Part shown: positions 1-8,017 of the stretch, piece by piece
Layout of the letters: the number at the start of each line of letters is the position of its first letter
Numbering within the stretch: position 1 is the stretch's first letter
Source of the DNA: Candidatus Sulfomarinibacteraceae bacterium
GTDB taxonomy: Bacteria; Acidobacteriota; Thermoanaerobaculia; Thermoanaerobaculales; Sulfomarinibacteraceae
Reading direction: 5' to 3'
Length of the DNA: 64,000 nucleotides
Assembly: GCA_963715955.1 (NCBI GenBank)
Contig: CAVQSQ010000021.1
Location: 673,295-737,294, forward strand
The notes under the pieces: generated by a model
Told to the model about the DNA's origin: nothing
What the model saw: the letters and a program-made list of their open reading frames with translations, nothing else
Databases searched by the model: none
Translations under genes and position numbers: made by a program

Positions 1-1084
1 TCAGGGTGATGGCCTCGGCGTACCGGTGGTGCCTTCCGAGAATCACCCCCAACGACTCGTACGAGTCCGCGTGATCCGGGCACACCGCGATCGCCCGCTC
101 GAGGAGGGTCACCGCATCGCTCTCGCGATCGTAGGAAAAGGCCTCCACCGCGCGAAGCTGGAGGCGGGTCGCCCAGTAGTCGGGTTCGGGCGTCGCGAGC
201 AGCGGCAACGCCCGGACCTTGACGGTCGACGACGACCCGTCGCTCCACCGGCAATCCACCTCCCGGTTCTCGACCCGCATTTCGCGAGTGGCGGAGGCCA
301 GCAGGTAGGTCCGGTCGTCCCACCGCGCCGCCGTCACCACGGCGCCCGCCCGTTCATGATCCCCGGCCGCGAACTCCCCGGCGACACCGGCAGCTGCGAC
401 CCGATCGCCCGCGATGATTTCCAGCAGCACGGGCGCACGTGCCGCCCCGCGGCCGCTTGCCACCTTGGCGACCGTTTCCTGGCCCAGAAAACACCCTTTG
501 GACATCGACACGGCGGGGACGATCAGACTCGTCTCATGAATCAGCTGTCCCTGAGCGGCATCCACCCCCCACTGCGGAATCCCCGACAAAACCCGACGGG
601 CTTCGATTTCGTCGTCGTCGAGAAGAGGCAACGATGGCTGCGGGGTATCCCAGACGACGCAGCCCCGACTCCCCCAACCCGCGATCGGAATGGTCGAATC
701 GGCCGGGAACTTTGGAATCAACCGCACCGCCTCCGCGCCGAGAAGCAGCGTGAGTCCGCCGGTCTCGATCACCCGCATGCCGACGTCGTCGGCGATGATG
801 TGCCCCTCGAGAAACGCCTTCGCCGCTTCCGCCGCATCCGCCGGCATCAAAAGGTCGATACGATCAGGGCCCTTGTGGAGAAAACCGAAGGCCTGCAACC
901 GTCCCGCGCGATCGAGAAGCGCCGTCATCTGGGAATCGCCGACCGCCAGACTTCTGACGTCCGAGGTCAGCTGCGTGTGGAGAAAGCGCTCGCGATGGCC
1001 GCCTTCGACGGCGACCACGACCCATCCGTCGAGGCGTGCTGCGCCCCCGTCGAAGAGGAGACGGTCAGACGCTGAAGGACTCAC
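1..1084 (-). CDS. ygfZ: YgfZ/GcvT-like folate-binding Fe-S cluster maturation protein with a C-terminal TPR-like extension. Partial: the C-terminus runs off the left edge, and it is absent from the ORF track because there is no in-window stop.
   Basis: My own reverse-strand translation is open from about 1084 to base 1. It reads ...RFLHTQLTSDV...SMSKGCFLGQETVAKV..., which contains the K-G-C-F/Y-x-G-Q-E signature of YgfZ. It then reads ...LLERAIAVCPDHADSYESLGVILGRHHRYAEA, which is TPR-like. A candidate GTG start at 1084 overlaps the iscA 3' end, so the start is uncertain. Confidence 0.6.
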   Translation of the reverse strand, partial: MSPSASDRLLFDGGAARLDGWVVVAVEGGHRERFLHTQLTSDVRSLAVGDSQMTALLDRAGRLQAFGFLHKGPDRIDLLMPADAAEAAKAFLEGHIIADDVGMRVIETGGLTLLLGAEAVRLIPKFPADSTIPIAGWGSRGCVVWDTPQPSLPLLDDDEIEARRVLSGIPQWGVDAAQGQLIHETSLIVPAVSMSKGCFLGQETVAKVASGRGAARAPVLLEIIAGDRVAAAGVAGEFAAGDHERAGAVVTAARWDDRTYLLASATREMRVENREVDCRWSDGSSSTVKVRALPLLATPEPDYWATRLQLRAVEAFSYDRESDAVTLLERAIAVCPDHADSYESLGVILGRHHRYAEAITL

Positions 1085-1418
1085 CGCAGCCGCAGGTGTT
1101 GGTCGCGTTGGGGTTGGCGAAGACGAAGCCCTTGCCCTGCAGACCATCCTGGAAATCGAGGGTGATGCCCTTGAGGTAGATGGTGGACTTGGGATCGAGC
1201 AGGACGGTGAAACCGTCGTAGTCGATCCGGGTGTCGTTCGGGCGGGCTTCGGAGAAGTCCATGTCGTAGGATAGCCCGGAGCAGCCGCCGCCGACAACGC
1301 TCAGCCGCAAGCCCTTCTCACCACCCAGCCCCTCGCGCTCGAAGATCGAGCGCACCTCGCGCTGCGCCCTCTCACTCAGGGTGACGATGGAGCCGCTCTC
1401 CGTCGCCGGGGCGCTCAC
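1065..1418 (-). CDS. iscA: A-type iron-sulfur cluster carrier (IscA/ErpA/HesB family)
   Basis: The C-terminus ...GKGFVFANPNATNTCGCGESFSV and the internal GGGCSGLSY give the three conserved Cys of A-type carriers. The GTG start at 1418 forms a GTGA overlap with the grx stop. The upstream part of track ORF 1065..1871 is an Arg-rich read-through. Confidence 0.85.
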   Translation of the reverse strand: MSAPATESGSIVTLSERAQREVRSIFEREGLGGEKGLRLSVVGGGCSGLSYDMDFSEARPNDTRIDYDGFTVLLDPKSTIYLKGITLDFQDGLQGKGFVFANPNATNTCGCGESFSV

Positions 1419-1819
1419 GAACCGTCTCCAGCAACCATCGTCTGCAGTTCGCCGTTGGCGTGCATCTCGGTGACGATGTCGTTGCCGCCGATGAACTCGC
1501 CGCGGACATAGACCTGGGGAAAGGTCGGCCAGCCGGCGACCTCCTTGGCCGCGCTGCGGATCGCCTCGTCGGACAACACATCGAAGGTCCTGTACGGCAC
1601 ATCCAGCGAGTCCATCACGGCCACGGTGTTGGCCGAGAACCCGCACATCGGCCGTTGCGGCGTTCCCTTGATGAACACGAACACCGGCGACGATCCCACC
1701 ATCTGCAGGACCCGGGTCTTCGGGTCGATCGAAGCGTCGGTCTCCACGACCGGCTGCCCGAGGCCGCCGGCGGGTTCGGGGACCGCCGCGATGTTGAAGG
1801 GGTTGTCTCGTCGATCCAT
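1415..1819 (-). CDS. grxD: Monothiol glutaredoxin (Grx4 family, CGFS active site)
   Basis: FIKGTPQRPMCGFSANTV...WPTFPQVYVRGEFIGGNDI. A GGAGGAAAG Shine-Dalgarno sequence lies directly upstream of the ATG at 1819. Confidence 0.9.
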   Translation of the reverse strand: MDRRDNPFNIAAVPEPAGGLGQPVVETDASIDPKTRVLQMVGSSPVFVFIKGTPQRPMCGFSANTVAVMDSLDVPYRTFDVLSDEAIRSAAKEVAGWPTFPQVYVRGEFIGGNDIVTEMHANGELQTMVAGDGS

Positions 1820-2000
1820 CTTTCCTCCGTAGCAGGCGCACTGCGCCCGCCTTCTCTACAACCTGCGACACGGTTTCATCAATTCCCGGCGCCTGATGGT
1901 CTCCACCCGAGAGTCAGTTCGACGGCGCCTACCGCTCGTCTGGTTCGCGCGGTGTTGCGACGGTAAATGTTAAGCTCCGGCAAGTTCTAGCGAGGGGGAT

Positions 2001-2894
2001 TTGGTGGGCGTCCTGGGTCGGCTCGAACAACTCCAGTTGATCGTGGTCACCGGCAAGGGCGGCGTCGGCAAGAGCACCGTGACGGCGGCTCTCGGCGCCG
2101 CGCTCGCCAATCGCGACCGCCGCGTGCTGCTGATCGAGGTCGATCCGCGGGAAAACCTCCACCTCCTTCTCGACACGCCGCCTTCGGGTGGTGAGATCAT
2201 CGAGGCCGCCTCCAACCTCTGGGTCCAACACCTCGAGCCCCGCAAACTGCTCGACGACCTCATCATGGAGAAACTCAAGGTCGGGGTCCTCGCCCGCAAG
2301 GTGTTGTCGAGCCCGGTCCACTTCCACTTCACGGAGGGTGCGCCAGGTCTCAAACAGACCGCGGTGTTCGGGCGCGCGCTGCGTCTGGTCGAGGGGCACG
2401 GACCGAAGCAATTGCGGCGCCCCGACGTCGTGATCCTCGATGCCCCGGCCTCCGGCCACGGGATCGCATGGATGGCAGCGCCGCAACTGGTCTCGGAGGT
2501 GATCTCGAGCGGGCCCATCGGCAGTATGGCAACAGAGATCGCCGGCTTTCTCGAGGACCGTGAGCGCTTCGGCAGCGTGGTGGTCACCACCGCCGAGGAA
2601 ATGCCGGTGCAGGAAACGTTGGAGCTCATCGGGGCGATGAAGGACCGACTCGATCGGCGACCGGAACTGGTGGTCGCGAACGCCGTCTACCCGCCGCTCC
2701 CCGCCCGCGCCCGGCGCGACGTCTCCACCCGGCTGTGGTCCCGCCGCCGGGCCGTCAACGAACACGAGCTGGGCCGGCTCGCCGAACGTTGGGACGGCCC
2801 CCTGATTGAGATCCCGTTGGAGCCCATCGACGCCGGCCCGGCCCTGGTGGGCGTGGTCGGCGAGCATCTGGCAACCGCCCTCGGGGAACGATGA
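2001..2894 (+). CDS. ArsA/GET3-family P-loop ATPase (first of a pair)
   Basis: Deviant Walker A motif VVTGKGGVGKSTV. There is no arsenic-resistance context. The start is TTG 2001 or GTG 2004. Confidence 0.75.
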   Translation: MVGVLGRLEQLQLIVVTGKGGVGKSTVTAALGAALANRDRRVLLIEVDPRENLHLLLDTPPSGGEIIEAASNLWVQHLEPRKLLDDLIMEKLKVGVLARKVLSSPVHFHFTEGAPGLKQTAVFGRALRLVEGHGPKQLRRPDVVILDAPASGHGIAWMAAPQLVSEVISSGPIGSMATEIAGFLEDRERFGSVVVTTAEEMPVQETLELIGAMKDRLDRRPELVVANAVYPPLPARARRDVSTRLWSRRRAVNEHELGRLAERWDGPLIEIPLEPIDAGPALVGVVGEHLATALGER

Positions 2895-3958
2895 TGGACC
2901 CGCGCCGCACACCGCTGATCATCGTCGTCGGTTCCGGCGGAGTCGGCAAGACCACCCTCGCCGCCGCGATGGGGCTGCGCGCGGCACATCGAGGTGACGA
3001 CACCCTGGTGATGACCTTCGACCCGTCGCTGCGGCTCAAGGACGCTCTGGGGGTCGGCAACGAGGCCCTCGACGCCGAGACCGAAGTGGCAGCCGGTGCC
3101 GAGGGCCGGTTGTGGGCCAGCCTTCTCGATGCGCGACGGACGTTCGACCGGCTCATCGCCCGCTACGCCCCTGACGAAGCGGCACGTCAACGAATCCTCA
3201 CCAACCGTTTTTACGATCGACTGTCGGGAAATCTCGCCGGAGTGCTCGAGTACATGGCGTCGGAGAGGTTGTTCGAGGTCGCCGCGTCGGGTTCCTACTC
3301 CACCATCATCCTCGACACGCCGCCGACCCGCCAGGCCCTCGATTTTCTCGGCGCCCCGCAACGCATCGTCAGCTTTCTCGACAGCGGCGCCCTGCGCATC
3401 GCCCTCAAACCCTGGTTCGGCGCCGACGGCTCGCTCAAGGTGACCTCACGGCTGGGGATTCTCGGCCGCAACGTCGAGAGTTTCTTCGACCGCATGGTGG
3501 GGCTGGAGCTCCTGCGCGACATGGCCGAGTTCTTCCAGGCCTTTGCACCGCTCTTCGACGGGTTCCGCGAACGGGCCCTCGAGGTCCAGGAGAAGCTCCG
3601 CTCGCCCGACACCCTGTTCGTCCTCGTCTCCGGGCCCGGCAGCGGGCGGGTGGCCGACACCCTGTTCTTTGCCCGTCGTCTGACCGAGGCCGGCTACCAC
3701 CTGGGACCGATCGTGGTCAACCGTGTCCACCCCGAGCTGCCGCCGGTGCGCGATACTGCCAGCAAGGGCCGCCGCCTGCTGGCGTGGCTCGGCCAACGCG
3801 ACAACCAGGGGGTTGCCGAGCTGCGGGATCTCGTGGGCGAGACCCACCCCGTGGTGGAGATCCCCCTCCTGCCCGACGAACCGACGGATCTCGGATCGTT
3901 GACTGAGCTGGGAGAGCTGTTCGAGAAACAGCTCGACGAGGCGATCACGAACGACTGA
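2891..3958 (+). CDS. ArsA/GET3-family P-loop ATPase (second of a pair)
   Basis: IVVGSGGVGKTTLAAA. It overlaps the upstream gene by ATGA. ILDTPPTRQALDFL is typical of ArsA-like ATPases. Confidence 0.75.
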   Translation: MMDPRRTPLIIVVGSGGVGKTTLAAAMGLRAAHRGDDTLVMTFDPSLRLKDALGVGNEALDAETEVAAGAEGRLWASLLDARRTFDRLIARYAPDEAARQRILTNRFYDRLSGNLAGVLEYMASERLFEVAASGSYSTIILDTPPTRQALDFLGAPQRIVSFLDSGALRIALKPWFGADGSLKVTSRLGILGRNVESFFDRMVGLELLRDMAEFFQAFAPLFDGFRERALEVQEKLRSPDTLFVLVSGPGSGRVADTLFFARRLTEAGYHLGPIVVNRVHPELPPVRDTASKGRRLLAWLGQRDNQGVAELRDLVGETHPVVEIPLLPDEPTDLGSLTELGELFEKQLDEAITND

Positions 3959-4188
3959 TGCAGGATCCAGGATGACAATGAAAGTCGTAGGCGGGTCGTT
4001 CACGGCCCGCCCGCGAGAAGCTGAAATCGGCGTCGGTGGTGGCAGGCCCTGAAGGACCTGCCTACGTCTTTCAGATACTCCCAGGGTTCACCACGAACTT
4101 GGCACGCGAGACGCGTACCCCACAAGGAGACCGATCCCGGAAATCTTGTGGGCCTGCATCCTGACCCCTGCATCCTGCATCCTGCATC
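3957..4188. repeat. Foldback-type composite. The left heptamer array (GATGCAG GATCCAG GATGACA, 3957-3984) and an inverted right array (CTGCATC x5, 4153-4188) flank about 170 bp of hairpins.
   Basis: Read directly from the sequence. The left array starts inside the arsA-like stop codon. The inner hairpins are GGCAGG..CCTGCC and CCCACAAG..CTTGTGGG. Confidence 0.8.
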
Positions 4189-4212
4189 AAGCCCGGGGTA
4201 GCCGGGCGGGAG

Positions 4213-5160
4213 ATGTGCTACAACACGCCGATGAACATTCGCATCCCCTTCGTCGCTCGTGCGCGGCCCTTGCCGCGCTCGATCGTCATCGCCGTCGCCT
4301 GCACCGAGGCTCCCGAGCCGGTCGACCCGGCCTACGCCGCCGAGATCGACGCCTGGCGCAACCAGCGCCTCGAACGGCTCACCGCCGACGACGGGTGGCT
4401 GGCCCTCACGGGTCTGTACTGGCTCGAGCCGGGCGAGAACCGGTTCGGTTCGGCGCCGGACGGCGCCGTGGTGCTCCCCGACGAAAACGTGCCGGAGATC
4501 GCTGGTCTTCTCATCGTCGCAGCGGACGGGACCGTGGTGGCCTTTGGCGAGGAGGGTACGGGCGTCGAGGTCAACGGCGAACCCCTGACCAACACCGTCC
4601 TCGTAACGGACGCCCAGGGCTCGCCGGATGTGATCACGGCCGGCCGCATTTCGTTCTACATCATCGAACGGGAGGGCCGCCTCGGTGCACGGGTCAAGGA
4701 CCCGGAGGCGGCGACACGGCTGACGTTCGCGGGCATCGAACATTTCGATATCGACCCGGCCTTTCGAGTCGTGGCACGGTTCGAGCCCTACGACGAACCC
4801 CGCCAGGTGGCCATCCCGACTGTCCTCGGCCAGGACACCTCGATGCTGGCGATGGGGATCCTCCGCTTTTCGATCAACGGCGAGGAACAGGTGCTCGAGC
4901 CCTACGTCAGCAATCCCGAGGATGATTCGTTGTTCCTGATCTTCCGCGACGGGACCAGCGGCGTGACCACCTACGGCGCCGGCCGTTTCCTGTCGGCGGA
5001 CGCGCCGGGCGACAACGGCACCACCGTGCTCGACTTCAACCTCGCCTACAACCCGCCGTGCGCCTTCACTCCTTACGCCACCTGTCCGCTGCCGCCGCCG
5101 CAGAATGTGCTCGACATCGCCATCGAGGCCGGTGAGCAGTACCACGGGGACGCCCACTGA
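4213..5160 (+). CDS. DUF1684 domain-containing protein (probable lipoprotein)
   Basis: C-terminal FNLAYNPPCAFTPYATCPLPPPQNVL matches my memory of the DUF1684 signature. There is a lipobox-like IAVAC near the N-terminus. An alternative ATG lies at 4231. Confidence 0.7.
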   Translation: MCYNTPMNIRIPFVARARPLPRSIVIAVACTEAPEPVDPAYAAEIDAWRNQRLERLTADDGWLALTGLYWLEPGENRFGSAPDGAVVLPDENVPEIAGLLIVAADGTVVAFGEEGTGVEVNGEPLTNTVLVTDAQGSPDVITAGRISFYIIEREGRLGARVKDPEAATRLTFAGIEHFDIDPAFRVVARFEPYDEPRQVAIPTVLGQDTSMLAMGILRFSINGEEQVLEPYVSNPEDDSLFLIFRDGTSGVTTYGAGRFLSADAPGDNGTTVLDFNLAYNPPCAFTPYATCPLPPPQNVLDIAIEAGEQYHGDAH

Positions 5161-5201
5161 AACCGCGGCATTCTGCAGACCCTGGGGTATACTCCCGAGC
5201 C

Positions 5202-6086
5202 ATGTGGAAATCTGTCTTGAGGGTGTTGCTGACGGCTTCGGTCGCGTTGTTTCTTTGCTCGCCGACGATCTCCGCGCACGAGGGTGAGGAGCCGGAATCC
5301 GAACAGGCGAAGAAGACCGGAATCTGGTTTCCGCCCAACGATTTCTACCCCCGCTACGTCGCGGATCCTCTGCGCCCGCAGAATGCTCTGACTCTGCAGT
5401 GGATGGCCCATACCGAGATCCCCGACACCACCGCCGGGCGTTTCGGCCTTCGGGTGGGCGGCACTCTCGGCATCTATCGCTGGCACCCCGAGGGCGACAC
5501 GGACCTCGGATGGCAGCTTTCCTTCGAGGGTGGGATGTCCGCCCAGTTCGATATCGGATACAGCTTTGACAACACGGGCTGGGACGGCTTTTACGGGCTC
5601 ACCCTGGCGTGGAAGCCGAAGCACAACCTCGGGTTTCGAATCGGCTCCCAGCACGACTCGTCGCACATCGGCGACGAGTATTCCGAGCGGACGGGCACGA
5701 AACGCGTCCATTACACGCGGGAGGACGCCATCCTCGGAGTCAGCTGGGAGATGATGCCGCGATGGGTTCTCTACTCCGAACTCGGCTATGGGAACGGATA
5801 CGCAGGCTCCCTGACCGCGACCATCCAGGTCGGCACGCAGTACAACACCGAACAGACGTGGTGGAAGGACCGGGCGTCGTATTTCGTCGCGTTCAATTCG
5901 CGCAGCTATGAAGAATCCGATTGGCGCACCCGGCTCACAATCCAGACGGGCCTCATGATTCCCGTCGGCGATCGCAGTTCCGTTCACCGGATAGCGATCG
6001 AGGCAGGTCTGGGACGATCGGTCATGGGCCAGTTCGAACCGTACGACGAATCGTGGGTCGCCATCGGGTGGTTCTACGATTTCTAG
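5202..6086 (+). CDS. DUF1207-like outer-membrane beta-barrel protein
   Basis: It has a signal peptide, FPPNDFYPRYVADPLRPQ (DUF1207-like), alternating beta-strand patterns, and a C-terminal ...GWFYDF ending in Phe. Confidence 0.65.
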   Translation: MWKSVLRVLLTASVALFLCSPTISAHEGEEPESEQAKKTGIWFPPNDFYPRYVADPLRPQNALTLQWMAHTEIPDTTAGRFGLRVGGTLGIYRWHPEGDTDLGWQLSFEGGMSAQFDIGYSFDNTGWDGFYGLTLAWKPKHNLGFRIGSQHDSSHIGDEYSERTGTKRVHYTREDAILGVSWEMMPRWVLYSELGYGNGYAGSLTATIQVGTQYNTEQTWWKDRASYFVAFNSRSYEESDWRTRLTIQTGLMIPVGDRSSVHRIAIEAGLGRSVMGQFEPYDESWVAIGWFYDF

Positions 6087-6147
6087 CAATTCGCGACCTG
6101 GCAGGGTGCGGCCGCATACGGCCGCACCCTGCCAGGCCACGAATTGC
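6086..6147. terminator. Near-perfect palindrome of about 62 bp between convergent genes. It is a likely bidirectional terminator or REP-like hairpin.
   Basis: GCAATTCG-CGACC-TGGCAGGGTGCGGCCG-CATA-CGGCCGCACCCTGCCA-GGCCA-CGAATTGC. No U-run follows on either strand. Confidence 0.6.
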
Positions 6148-6149
6148 AG

Positions 6150-7214
6150 CTAGACGATTCTTTCGCGGATCTTGGCCGAGATGATGTCCATCAGCCACAC
6201 GGTGCCGGCGATCAGCAGCACCAGGGTGCCGACTTCGCCCCACTCGCCCAGATCGACCCTCGGTTTGAGGATGTAGCCGATACCACCACCGCCGACAAAA
6301 CCGATGATGGTCGACATCCGTACGTTGATGTCCCAGCGGTAGATGGTGAAGGACAGGAAGGGCGGGACGACCTGCGGGACGACACCGTAGCGCAGGACCT
6401 GAAGGGTGCCCGCGCCGGTGGCGGTGATGGCGTCCATCGGCCCGGTGTCGATCGATTCGATCTGTTCGGAGTAGAGCTTGGTCAATGCGGCGACCGAGTG
6501 GACCCACAGCGCGAGCACGCCGGCGAAGGGGCCGATCCCGACCCACGAGATGAAGATCAGGGCCCACACCAGCGGTTCCACGGCACGCACGAAATTCATG
6601 AACGTCCGCGACACCGTGTATGCGGTCCGCGCCAGGAACGAACCGCGGGTCAGGTTGCGCGCCGACGGGAAGGCCAGAACGAAGGCCACCGGGATCGCGA
6701 AGGCGGTTGCCATGAAGGCCAGGAAGATCGTCTGCACCAACAGGACAAGCCCCTCGTGCAGCACACTCGCCGAGGGGTGGGCCAGCCCGCGCACGATGTC
6801 GGCGGCCTTGCCGAACTTGGTCAGGAAATCGTAAAGGTCGAGCTCGGTGATCAGCCAGCCGGCAAAGAAGGTGAATTCGATGAAGACCGCTGTGAACCAC
6901 CCGCGAAGGGTCTGGGTCCACTCCAGATCACGCTCCCACTCGGGAACGCCCCGCACCAGAGCGCGTCCGGGCGACGCTCCGATGAAGCGATAGAAGACGT
7001 TCCACGACACCGCCGCGACAACCCCGGCAAGTGCGGCCCACACATAGTGGAGGAGATCGAGGATCTGTTCCGCGCTGAGCAGCAATCCGGTGTCGCCGCG
7101 ACGGCCGGAGAAGGCGACCACCAGGAGCTCGGCCATCAGGATGAGCATCGCGATCAGCACCGCGTCGATTCCGATCGACTGCAGCCGAGCCAGAGATTTG
7201 CGCCAGCCCGCCAT
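6150..7214 (-). CDS. phnE: Phosphonate ABC transporter permease PhnE, with an N-terminal membrane extension
   Basis: Multi-TM protein whose C-terminal half resembles PhnE (...IESIDTGPMDAITATGAGTLQVLRYGVVPQVVP...). It sits in an operon with phnC and phnD. Confidence 0.75.
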   Translation of the reverse strand: MAGWRKSLARLQSIGIDAVLIAMLILMAELLVVAFSGRRGDTGLLLSAEQILDLLHYVWAALAGVVAAVSWNVFYRFIGASPGRALVRGVPEWERDLEWTQTLRGWFTAVFIEFTFFAGWLITELDLYDFLTKFGKAADIVRGLAHPSASVLHEGLVLLVQTIFLAFMATAFAIPVAFVLAFPSARNLTRGSFLARTAYTVSRTFMNFVRAVEPLVWALIFISWVGIGPFAGVLALWVHSVAALTKLYSEQIESIDTGPMDAITATGAGTLQVLRYGVVPQVVPPFLSFTIYRWDINVRMSTIIGFVGGGGIGYILKPRVDLGEWGEVGTLVLLIAGTVWLMDIISAKIRERIV

Positions 7215-8017
7215 CAGAACCCCGTGTTGGACGCCGGCTCGGCGTCCTCGCCGTAAATCTCTTTGAAGGTGGCGCGATCGAACTGTTTCGGCAGGCCTTC
7301 CCAGACGACCCTGCCGGCTCGCAGCGCGACCAGCCGGGTCGCATAGCGCTCCACCAGGTCGATATCGTGCAACGAACAGATGACCGTCAGGCCCTCATCA
7401 CGGTTGAGAGCCTCGATGTGGCGCATCACCGAGTGGCGGAGGGCCGGATCGAGCGAGGCCACCGGTTCGTCAGCCAGGATCAGACGCGGTTCCTGCATCA
7501 GGGCGCGCGCCACTGCGACCCGTTGTTGTTGGCCGCCGGAAAGGGCGTCAGCACGGCTGCCCGCCCGGTCCTCGAGACCCACCCGTGCGAGATGAGCCCG
7601 GGCGCGGTCGCGCTCCGACTGGGTAAAGGTCAACATCAGGCTCGGCAGCAGACGCGCCCGCCCCAGCGAACCCGACAGCACGTTATTGATCACGGTGTGG
7701 CGGCGAACCAGGTTGAACTGCTGGAAAATCATCGCGACCCGGCGGCGAACCGCGCGCAGATCGCCTCCGCTCAGGGCGGTGATCTCGTCTCCGAAGATCC
7801 AGACCCTGCCTTCGGTCGGATTGATCAGTCGGTTGATGCACCGCAGCAGCGTCGATTTGCCGGAGCCCGAAAGACCGAGCACGGCGAGAAACTCGCCGTC
7901 CCTGACCTCGAGGTCGACGCCTTCGAGTGCGCGGACCCCTCCCGGGTAGACCATGCCGAGGCCTTCGACACGGACAGCAACGGCGGTCGACGGCGCAGGC
8001 GCCGGCGCACCTCTCAC
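7214..8017 (-). CDS. phnC: Phosphonate ABC transporter ATP-binding protein PhnC
   Basis: [17 protein letters not shown] (Walker A), [15 protein letters not shown] (signature) and ILADEP (Walker B), plus the operon context. Confidence 0.85.
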   Translation of the reverse strand: MRGAPAPAPSTAVAVRVEGLGMVYPGGVRALEGVDLEVRDGEFLAVLGLSGSGKSTLLRCINRLINPTEGRVWIFGDEITALSGGDLRAVRRRVAMIFQQFNLVRRHTVINNVLSGSLGRARLLPSLMLTFTQSERDRARAHLARVGLEDRAGSRADALSGGQQQRVAVARALMQEPRLILADEPVASLDPALRHSVMRHIEALNRDEGLTVICSLHDIDLVERYATRLVALRAGRVVWEGLPKQFDRATFKEIYGEDAEPASNTGF

